Shown piece by piece: positions 40,438 to 47,607 of a DNA stretch of 53,537 nucleotides. Position numbers and translations under genes: made by a program. The notes under the pieces are model-generated. The model was not told the DNA's origin. It was given only the letters and a program-made list of their open reading frames with translations, and did no database searches. Position 1 is the first letter of the stretch. Every line of letters begins with the position of its first letter. Location: the IMG/VR virus record IMGVR_UViG_3300009467_000020, positions 1 through 53,537 of that record, one strand, 5' to 3'. The stretch comes from a virus. Taxonomy: Duplodnaviria; Caudoviricetes.

Positions 40438-40800
40438 ATGGGAAAAATATCACCAGCATGTAAAGCTGCAGCTAAAAGAAAATACAAGGTATGGCCTAGT
40501 GCATATGCTTCAGGGTATGGAGTTAGATGTACTAAGGCTGGAGGACCTAAGATGAAGAGTAAAACAAAAGGTGGTGGAACAACGAAGGTATGTCTACCTG
40601 CGGCTAAGGTTAAGTCGATGAGCTCTTCTGAGAAAGCAAGTGTTGTAAATGCAAAGAAAAGCGCTGGACAAAGCGGAAAGAGACAAAGGTCATCTAAGAG
40701 TAATGTTAAGGGCGCAAGAAAGAAGGGCGCAACATTAAGAGACTGGTTTCAAAAAGAGAACTGGGTTAATGTATCTACTGGTAAAGAATGTGGAAAATAA
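40438..40800 (+). CDS. basic protein, DUF5872-like
   Basis: KYKVWPSAYASG and LRDWFQKENWVNV..GKECG motifs (recall). Confidence 0.7.
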   Translation: MGKISPACKAAAKRKYKVWPSAYASGYGVRCTKAGGPKMKSKTKGGGTTKVCLPAAKVKSMSSSEKASVVNAKKSAGQSGKRQRSSKSNVKGARKKGATLRDWFQKENWVNVSTGKECGK

Positions 40801-40845
40801 GGAACACAGATAATTAGGCGTACCATACCTAAAGTTCCTGTAACC

Positions 40846-40880
40846 AAAAAAGGGGAGGCCATCATAGCTTCCCCTTTTTT
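40846..40880. terminator. bidirectional Rho-independent terminator
   Basis: AAAAAAGGGGAGGC-CATCATA-GCTTCCCCTTTTTT between convergent gene arms. Confidence 0.9.
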
Positions 40881-40900
40881 AATACAAGTGTATAGCATAG

Positions 40901-42622
40901 TTAGCCGTCACAGCTCAAGCAATCAGGGTCCATTGCATTAGCAGCAATATCACCTCTAAGCACAGACTCTGTGCGAACATAATACAATGTCTTGATACCT
41001 TTCTTCCAAGCTTCATAATGAACAGTGTTAATCCACTTAGGTGTTGCCTCTGAGGGAAACGCTAAGTTTAAACTAACAGACTGGTCAATGTACTGCTGGC
41101 GTATGCCTGCCTGATTAACTAACTCTAATTGATTAATCTCTTTAAAGGTTTTATAAACCTCCTTGATAGGCATATCCCAATCCCCTATTAGTATATCATT
41201 TAATTCATCTACACCTTGAATTGAACCGCCATCTCTAAGTATCTTGTCCCAAATAGAATCATTGTTTAGTCCTATGTCTTCTAAGGCCTGTTCTAAGCTC
41301 TTATTACGGCGTATAAACGTTCCTTTAGCAGATTGATCAGTAAATACATTTGCAGCCCAAGGTTCGATCCCTGGTGATATATCCCCAGACAATTTAGAGT
41401 TTGATACTGTTGGAGCAATTGCCCTTAGGTGCGTGTTGCGCATTCCTGTACCGACACACCATAATGGCTCACCATATATTTCTGCTAATGCCATTGAAGC
41501 TCTCTCACTTTCAATCTTAATCTGAGAGAATATCTTACGAGTCTCGAACTGTGCAAGTAAACCCTCGAACGGAATACCTTTCTCTTGCAAGTAAGTATGC
41601 CACCCTAAAACGCCTAAGCCAATAGCTCTACCTTTCTGAGCTGAACGTACTGCGTTCTCAAATCCCCTAAGACCTTTAGCCTTCTGAATAAACTCCTCCA
41701 TGACGCCATCTAAAAAGAAAGTAGCGTCATAAATTAAGTTTGTATCCTTCCACTCTTCGTATTTCGCTAGATTTAAAGAAGATAAACAACAAACAAAACT
41801 ATGATTTTCATCAGTATGTAAGGTTATCTCAGAACATATATTAGTCATATGAACCTTTAGCCCGTTATCTTTATATGCCGGTGGATTTGCTTTATTAATA
41901 TTTCCCTTGAACATAACATAAGGTTCTCCAGTAGCCTTACGCTTTCTAAGAAGGTTAGACCATTTTCTTCTAGCCTCTGGATCACCTTGCTCTAGCTTAC
42001 GCATAAACTTATCTCCAACTATAGCACATTGGTGAAGGTTAAGTGACTGTCTATTAACGTCTCCCTTTGGTTCTCTTATTTCAAGCCAGTCCTCAAAATC
42101 ACCATGCTCAATATTGATATTGACTGAAGCTGCGCCTCGTCTTACTGAGCCTTGATTCGTAGCAAGAATAGTTGAGTCATATATCTTACAGAATGGTACG
42201 ACACCATCAGACGTTCCGTTACCAGTAATCTTAGTTCCAGCAGGTCTTATCTGATTGATACCAATACCTACTCCACCTCCATGCTTTGCAAGCAGCATCA
42301 TCTCAAGATTCTTCTGACCTATGTCTTGAATTGAATCAGCAACATCAATACCAAAGCAACTAATAGGAAGACCCCTGTCAGTACCGACATTTGAAAGAAC
42401 AGGACTGGCAAGACATAACCAGCCTTTCCAAATATATTCGAAAAAAGTGTCAGCCATCTCTGGCTTGTATAATCTTCTTGCAATTGTCTTAGCCACTCTA
42501 TGGTATGCCTCCTTTGGCGTTTCCCCATCAAATAAATAACCACCTGATATGGTCTTCTTATAAACATCTGTATCTCCCCACTCAGGAAAATCCTCTCCTT
42601 TAATCCAATTTTCATTCCACAT
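40901..42622 (-). CDS. nrdA: ribonucleotide reductase class I alpha subunit, no ATP cone
   Basis: ISCF, GGGVG, TNICSEI, AIAPT, TLYY and C-terminal CLSC. Confidence 0.95.
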   Translation of the reverse strand: MWNENWIKGEDFPEWGDTDVYKKTISGGYLFDGETPKEAYHRVAKTIARRLYKPEMADTFFEYIWKGWLCLASPVLSNVGTDRGLPISCFGIDVADSIQDIGQKNLEMMLLAKHGGGVGIGINQIRPAGTKITGNGTSDGVVPFCKIYDSTILATNQGSVRRGAASVNINIEHGDFEDWLEIREPKGDVNRQSLNLHQCAIVGDKFMRKLEQGDPEARRKWSNLLRKRKATGEPYVMFKGNINKANPPAYKDNGLKVHMTNICSEITLHTDENHSFVCCLSSLNLAKYEEWKDTNLIYDATFFLDGVMEEFIQKAKGLRGFENAVRSAQKGRAIGLGVLGWHTYLQEKGIPFEGLLAQFETRKIFSQIKIESERASMALAEIYGEPLWCVGTGMRNTHLRAIAPTVSNSKLSGDISPGIEPWAANVFTDQSAKGTFIRRNKSLEQALEDIGLNNDSIWDKILRDGGSIQGVDELNDILIGDWDMPIKEVYKTFKEINQLELVNQAGIRQQYIDQSVSLNLAFPSEATPKWINTVHYEAWKKGIKTLYYVRTESVLRGDIAANAMDPDCLSCDG

Positions 42623-42900
42623 TATGATAAATATAATATTGCGTAGGCTATTGCTACGTTTAAGTTAATTAATACTAAGTTCCATTGTTTTGCTACAAAT
42701 ACTTGAGGTATACATATAACCCCAGCTATAACATAGGTAATCATCCCTATTTTATCTGGAAGTAGATGGGGACTCACCATTGCGAATGCTGTCCCCATAT
42801 ATCCCAACCTACTCGAAAGTCTTTCTACTGGAGTCAACCTCTTCGGCTTCACCAGACTCTTTAATAATCTTTTGCTTAAGCTTCTCAATTGCTTCATCAT
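42622..42900 (-). CDS. small membrane protein with about three TM helices
   Basis: Hydrophobic helices, KQWNLVLIN; start uncertain because of overlap. Confidence 0.6.
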   Translation of the reverse strand: MMKQLRSLSKRLLKSLVKPKRLTPVERLSSRLGYMGTAFAMVSPHLLPDKIGMITYVIAGVICIPQVFVAKQWNLVLINLNVAIAYAILYLS

Positions 42901-43039
42901 AATCAGGCATTAGTTTCATTGTCTCTATAGTTCCTATAGAAAAATCTTTTATACTATTAATTTCATTTATTAGACCTTGAACTACTCTAGTTAAGGAATC
43001 GATCTTCTTCTGCATTTCAATTAATGTACTCTCTTTCAT
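42809..43039 (-). CDS. hypothetical coiled-coil protein
   Basis: 76-aa ORF with ATGA overlap with the SET gene. Confidence 0.7.
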   Translation of the reverse strand: MKESTLIEMQKKIDSLTRVVQGLINEINSIKDFSIGTIETMKLMPDYDEAIEKLKQKIIKESGEAEEVDSSRKTFE

Positions 43040-43416
43040 ATTACTTTATTAACGTTTCTATAATTTACTTTTAATTCTGTATTTTTTTTTATATTTCTTT
43101 TTGCAATGCAAATTTTACTAATCATAGAATATTCTTTATTATTATAAGGCACAAATTCTACATTACCATTTCTACTGTGGTTTACCCATCTAGCTAATGT
43201 TGTTCTTTTATCATCCATTATAACTGCTCCTATAATATCAAATTTATTAAAATTTTTATTTGCAAAAATTCCTAAGCCATTAATTTTAGATTTTTTCTTA
43301 TAGTAAAAAGAACTTTCTATTTCTATTAAGTTATCAATATCTTGGTATTTCATCCAAGCCATCATTTCTTTTTCTGTAATTTTAAGTTCTTTTAAAAATA
43401 ATTTAAAGTCTTTCAT
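43036..43416 (-). CDS. SET-domain protein (putative lysine methyltransferase)
   Basis: SKINGLGIFA, RWVNHS and AKRNIKKNTELKVNY match SET signature motifs. Confidence 0.85.
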   Translation of the reverse strand: MKDFKLFLKELKITEKEMMAWMKYQDIDNLIEIESSFYYKKKSKINGLGIFANKNFNKFDIIGAVIMDDKRTTLARWVNHSRNGNVEFVPYNNKEYSMISKICIAKRNIKKNTELKVNYRNVNKVI

Positions 43417-43434
43417 AGTAATTATAATTCGATA

Positions 43435-43498
43435 TAATGAATCATTTATAGTTCATTAACAGCCAAAATGATAGCTAATGAATCATTTATAGTTCATT
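43435..43498. repeat. two exact 23-bp direct repeats with internal dyad symmetry
   Basis: TAATGAATCATTTATAGTTCATT at 43435-43457 and 43476-43498, separated by 18 bp. Confidence 0.9.
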
Positions 43499-43505
43499 GG
43501 TATTA

Positions 43506-44474
43506 CTACCAAATATCCTCAAAATCTTCTCCTTCACCCGCTTTACTATAGTCTGTCGAACGAATAGCAAAAAAATCAGTATGGGTGTGACCACCAGTAA
43601 GATGGTAAAACCAATCCAATTTCTTAGCACTTTCCTCATCAAAAGAAAAATAACTACCAAGATCTGTATAACCAATTTCATATAGCTTTTCATTTGTTCT
43701 TTTCTTTATAAAGTTTTTTAAATCAGTAGAAGACATTCCTTCAATGTCACCCATCTCGAACATTTTATCAATGTAGTTTAGTTCTAACTCAACCATAATT
43801 TTAGCTGCCTCTATAACGTCATCCTTAACTAAAACTCTTAAGTGTACATCCTCTTCACACATCTGGTTAAATAATTTACAACCCATCTTACTATGCAGTG
43901 ATTCATCGCGCACAGACCATTTCATTTGTTGTCCAATACCTTTAAGCATATTACGTAACTGGAAAGAATACAAAACAGCAAAAGCGCTGTATAAGCTAAC
44001 GCCCTCAGCAAAGGCTGAAAAGATAGCAAGTGATGTAGCAATACCAGTACGGCTATTTCCGTCATAAGCCATAAGATTATTAAACCTATTAGCCGTTGCC
44101 GGCTGATGTAAGAAAGCTTCATAATTTTCTAATTTTAATGTTTCGTTTAAATAGCTATATGCTACAGCGTGTACTGTTTCTTGAGAACCGAACATCATAG
44201 CCATCTGCTGTATCTCATGCTTTGGAAACCAGTGAGTTACCTTGTTAGTCCAGTAGTCTGAAACTGCACATTCAGTCTGAGCAAATCCTAATAGGATATT
44301 TCCTACTAGATTCTTTTCTTTATCCGTGAGGTTCTCATTCCAGTCCTTAACGTCTCCTGACATGCTAATTTCTGTATGTAGCCAGAATGCTTGTGCTTGC
44401 TTCAACCAGCCCTCCGTATAATATTCGGGGTATTCAAATGGTTTGTAAGCTAATCTAGGTGTAAATAATGACAT
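43506..44474 (-). CDS. nrdB: ribonucleotide reductase class I beta subunit
   Basis: QETVHAVAYS, FAEGVSLYSAF and RDESLH di-metal motifs; DFF tail. Confidence 0.95.
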   Translation of the reverse strand: MSLFTPRLAYKPFEYPEYYTEGWLKQAQAFWLHTEISMSGDVKDWNENLTDKEKNLVGNILLGFAQTECAVSDYWTNKVTHWFPKHEIQQMAMMFGSQETVHAVAYSYLNETLKLENYEAFLHQPATANRFNNLMAYDGNSRTGIATSLAIFSAFAEGVSLYSAFAVLYSFQLRNMLKGIGQQMKWSVRDESLHSKMGCKLFNQMCEEDVHLRVLVKDDVIEAAKIMVELELNYIDKMFEMGDIEGMSSTDLKNFIKKRTNEKLYEIGYTDLGSYFSFDEESAKKLDWFYHLTGGHTHTDFFAIRSTDYSKAGEGEDFEDIW

Positions 44475-44479
44475 AGTTT

Positions 44480-44641
44480 TTATTTATTTTTATTTTGGTG
44501 TTTTTCTATTATATAATCAAGTTCTTGTTTGTGAACCTTATATGTTTTTCCAATAACAAATGTCCATAAAGTACACCAAACAATTGTGCTTACTGCAAAT
44601 CCAACCACTATTCCTTTCCAATAATTATATTCTTTATTCAT
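44480..44641 (-). CDS. 53-aa single-TM protein (not in ORF track)
   Basis: MNKEYNYWKGIVVGFAVSTIVWCTLWTFVIGKTYKVHKQELDYIIEKHQNKNK. Confidence 0.6.
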   Translation of the reverse strand: MNKEYNYWKGIVVGFAVSTIVWCTLWTFVIGKTYKVHKQELDYIIEKHQNKNK

Positions 44642-44660
44642 ATTCCGTAAATTTTACATA

Positions 44661-44756
44661 CCTATAACAAAGTGTATAAGTAATTTTATTGTATCACTAT
44701 CGTATATTTTCGTGTCTTATCGTATCAAACTACTCTTATACACAAACCGTTATGTG
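44661..44756 (+). mobile_element. integron attC-like recombination site
   Basis: CCTATAAC-AAA-GTGTATAAG...CTTATACAC-AAACC-GTTATGTG: AAC/GTT core triplets, perfect 9-bp inner inverted repeat, asymmetric spacers. Confidence 0.7.
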
Positions 44757-44759
44757 ATA

Positions 44760-44963
44760 TTACTCAACCAAATCGTCTATATTAATATTATGTTCATTTA
44801 AAAGTTCTTGTATTTTAGTCCAAGCCTTTTCATATTCATAATCTGTGTGTTTAAATTCACGCCATCCATTATGTACAAGCTCCCATATAAAACAAGCCAT
44901 ATCATTACATTTAGAAAATCTCTTTATTTCAGTTGGATTATTACTTTCAAATATTGCTTTCAT
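44760..44963 (-). CDS. hypothetical protein carried in a cassette-like unit
   Basis: 67-aa ORF bounded by GTTATGTG (44749) and CACATAAC (44974). Confidence 0.7.
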   Translation of the reverse strand: MKAIFESNNPTEIKRFSKCNDMACFIWELVHNGWREFKHTDYEYEKAWTKIQELLNEHNINIDDLVE

Positions 44964-44973
44964 AATTTAACGC

Positions 44974-45000
44974 CACATAACAACGTATATAAAACATTGC
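44974..45000 (+). mobile_element. truncated attC-like site (left arm only)
   Basis: CACATAAC-AAC-GTATATAA mirrors the left arm at 44661; no matching right arm seen downstream. Confidence 0.55.
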
Positions 45001-45024
45001 TTTTGTGGTATTTTATTTAGTTTA

Positions 45025-45186
45025 TTAATAATTCAATTCTTTTTGTTTATCTATTAATTCCTTTAACAGTATCTTACCCCTGTTATTAAAGCTCCACTTA
45101 CACCATTTATCAAGCTGACGTTCGGCATATTTTTTACGAGCTACTGATTTTTGTGCTCGAGTATTAACTCGACTGTTATGTCGCAT
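45025..45186 (-). CDS. 53-aa basic protein (not in ORF track)
   Basis: MRHNSRVNTRAQKSVARKKYAERQLDKWCKWSFNNRGKILLKELIDKQKELNY; overlaps the endonuclease 3' end. Confidence 0.5.
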   Translation of the reverse strand: MRHNSRVNTRAQKSVARKKYAERQLDKWCKWSFNNRGKILLKELIDKQKELNY

Positions 45187-45590
45187 TCCTTTTGATTTTG
45201 TGGTTTATAAAGTACTGTATCTGGATGTGTATTTGCTATTAAATTCTTAAACAACTTATATCTCATTGGAAAGGATTCATTAGCCCTACCCTTCGTTTCT
45301 ATTATAAAGTTCTCACCTTCGAAATCTGGGGTATATTTTATACCTAAGATCTTCTTGTTGCCCCTGTTCTTGTAATCACCCTTGCCATTTGCTTGTCGCT
45401 CATAACAGTCTTGATTAAAGCTAAACGAAGGTAATAACTCAAACGACCTTAACTCATAAGTAAACTTTATCTTAGCCTTCCTTAGAGCTATGTACATATA
45501 CTTCTCAAGGCCAGACGCAAAGTCGATACCATCATATGATACCTTCTTTGATCTTACTGGACCTTTCTTTCTTTTAAATTTAGTTTTCAT
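45141..45590 (-). CDS. PD-(D/E)xK endonuclease (T7 endonuclease I-like)
   Basis: FASGLE...YTPDF...IIETKG. Confidence 0.85.
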   Translation of the reverse strand: MKTKFKRKKGPVRSKKVSYDGIDFASGLEKYMYIALRKAKIKFTYELRSFELLPSFSFNQDCYERQANGKGDYKNRGNKKILGIKYTPDFEGENFIIETKGRANESFPMRYKLFKNLIANTHPDTVLYKPQNQKECDITVELILEHKNQ

Positions 45591-45684
45591 TATTTCTTCT
45601 TTTGTATTCTTCCCATAAAAAGAATACTGATGTTATTGCAATCAACACCGCCATTCCTAACATACCACTGATTAATACTTTCAT
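45580..45684 (-). CDS. 34-aa single-TM peptide (not in ORF track)
   Basis: MKVLISGMLGMAVLIAITSVFFLWEEYKRRNNEN; overlaps both neighbours. Confidence 0.55.
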   Translation of the reverse strand: MKVLISGMLGMAVLIAITSVFFLWEEYKRRNNEN

Positions 45685-45902
45685 ACTGTATTGTTTTTTA
45701 TGCATTGTCTGGCGGCTTCAATATACAATAACGAATCCATTAATTCTTCTTGTACATCAATTAAAAATCTATCAAGATCTTTTTTTTCACCAACTATTTC
45801 TTGCATCATAGTAGCGCCATATTTTTCTTGACCAATAATACTACGATCATCCATCTTCTTAAGTACTTTAAGTACTATCTCGTCTTTTGTTTTTATTTTC
45901 AT
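45681..45902 (-). CDS. small helical protein, possible all-alpha NTP-pyrophosphatase fold
   Basis: RSIIGQEKYG...QEELMDSLLY. Confidence 0.6.
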   Translation of the reverse strand: MKIKTKDEIVLKVLKKMDDRSIIGQEKYGATMMQEIVGEKKDLDRFLIDVQEELMDSLLYIEAARQCIKNNTV

Positions 45903-45904
45903 TT

Positions 45905-46666
45905 TTAGTCTTTTTGAAATGTACCATCAACCATTTTACCAGTTCTAGATTTTATTACATCATAAGCAGAAGATATACAGTCTTCAATATTATGACCTCT
46001 TAGTTTTGCTAGGTTGGTTAAAACAACAACCATATCACCAATTGCATCAATAACCTCAGGTTCATCATTCTTAAGTATAGCTTGAGCTAATTCACCAGCC
46101 TCTTCCATAAGCTTGACATATTGAGTTTTAGCATCACCAGACTTGTATATACCTTTTTCGGTAGCCCAATCTCTAATTAAATCATAAATATTAAGCTCAT
46201 GGTATTCTGTAGTTTTATTTGCGTAAAATTCTTCGTGAAACGCTTTGTTATATATAAAACACCTATTGTTATTATACATTGAAGTATTAGTATTCTTCAT
46301 GATCCAAGGTATTTTATCTATAGTTAATTCAAACTCTCCTAAGTGTGTTTCCCATGACAACCCCATAATATCCATTAATCTTCCTTTTAACTTACTTACT
46401 GGAACATCAAATGTTGTAGTTTGTTCTGTTACATTTACTTTCATATCATTTTTATTTTTTAAGTTTTTATAAAGCTGTTGATCAACCTTATAGTTATATT
46501 TTTTTTGTAATTCTACTTCTAATCTAGACACATGATCTATATCGGTAGTTTCTAATACTATCTCATATTCACCAGGCTTATAGCCTTGTTGCTTATGTAT
46601 CCTTTTTTCTGGGTTTGACGTTACGCCTATCTTCTTGCCTTTAATGTGATATAAGTAGTATTTCAT
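45905..46666 (-). CDS. MazG-like nucleotide pyrophosphohydrolase with a GIY-YIG-like N-terminus
   Basis: C-terminal KLMEEAGELA...DAIGD; N-terminal YYLYH...KIGVT.NPEKR. Confidence 0.8.
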   Translation of the reverse strand: MKYYLYHIKGKKIGVTSNPEKRIHKQQGYKPGEYEIVLETTDIDHVSRLEVELQKKYNYKVDQQLYKNLKNKNDMKVNVTEQTTTFDVPVSKLKGRLMDIMGLSWETHLGEFELTIDKIPWIMKNTNTSMYNNNRCFIYNKAFHEEFYANKTTEYHELNIYDLIRDWATEKGIYKSGDAKTQYVKLMEEAGELAQAILKNDEPEVIDAIGDMVVVLTNLAKLRGHNIEDCISSAYDVIKSRTGKMVDGTFQKD

Positions 46667-46670
46667 ATTA

Positions 46671-47324
46671 CTATAGTTTATTGTTATACAAATGTAAGTT
46701 ATGTGCGTGATGGTAATAAGTTCCTACTGCATATCCGGTCATTTTAGATACCAAACCTTGCAATAATGAAAAACAGTATTGATCATTGCAGAAACCGTAC
46801 CAGATGTCATTAGAACGCATATAGACAGACATGTTAAGTCTATCATTTAATACTGTAAATTGAATCGCGTATGTGCAAGGAGTATCTTTAGTATACTTGC
46901 AAGCCTCTTTGCCATCGTATATACTTATAGCAGCTTTTCTAGTATTAGGATTATTTTTTAGTAGATTAACCACATGATCTAACTGTGATACATTCATACT
47001 TTTTCTTTGCCATTGGTAACCATAGTTAGAATTAACTACGCCAAATTTATCACACATGCTCTGCCATATCTTAGGTATTTTACCGTATATAAGACCTAGT
47101 GCTTTTACATTAGGTTCACCAGTTAAATACCACTGCCATTCTGCTTCCGCATACTTTTCATTCCATGCTCGATCAGCAGAGTGTATAGCATTATCCAGTG
47201 GGTCTTCTATAGTGAACCCAACATTAAATAAAGCTTTTGTATTGTCGAAATCTACACCTTCAGTTATAATCCTATCCATTAGGTAGGTATAAGCTTCATC
47301 AGCGTTTTTAAATTTATTTCTCAT
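46671..47324 (-). CDS. thymidylate synthase-fold enzyme, dCMP hydroxymethylase-like
   Basis: NSNYG, TRKA, DTPCT, MRSNDIWYGFCND and HNLHLY; Asp at the ThyA Asn177-equivalent position. Confidence 0.8.
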   Translation of the reverse strand: MRNKFKNADEAYTYLMDRIITEGVDFDNTKALFNVGFTIEDPLDNAIHSADRAWNEKYAEAEWQWYLTGEPNVKALGLIYGKIPKIWQSMCDKFGVVNSNYGYQWQRKSMNVSQLDHVVNLLKNNPNTRKAAISIYDGKEACKYTKDTPCTYAIQFTVLNDRLNMSVYMRSNDIWYGFCNDQYCFSLLQGLVSKMTGYAVGTYYHHAHNLHLYNNKL

Positions 47325-47328
47325 ATTA

Positions 47329-47607
47329 TTAATTTACAAATATAGTTGACTTTTTATACTTATCGTAGTAGTATGCGTAATATTCGTGTAACTGTTTCCA
47401 AATAATATCTTTACCGTATAAATTAGGTGATTTGTTTTTTTTACCACTTATATTTATTTCTATATACCACTTGCCACTAATATCTGCAACTGGATATATA
47501 GTTATATTATTATTCATGCACCATTTACTAGCGGCATACTCGTGATTAGTAGGCATATAAGTACCCATTTTCCATTGCTTACTACTAGTTTTCATTATGC
47601 TTCCCAA
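47329..47607 (-). CDS. hypothetical protein
   Basis: 92-aa ORF with WCMNNNITIYPV, in the replication operon. Confidence 0.7.
   Translation of the reverse strand: MGSIMKTSSKQWKMGTYMPTNHEYAASKWCMNNNITIYPVADISGKWYIEINISGKKNKSPNLYGKDIIWKQLHEYYAYYYDKYKKSTIFVN

Noticed and set aside
43435-43498. Mini CRISPR array
   Set aside because: Only two 23-bp repeats with an 18-bp spacer, and no leader or cas genes.
40901-44474. Intron or intein splitting the RNR genes
   Set aside because: Both subunits are continuous with all motifs present; the intervening ORFs are separate genes.
44808-45020. Plus-strand 70-aa ORF
   Set aside because: Antisense to the 44760-44963 gene, has a non-ATG start and runs through the attC-like half site.
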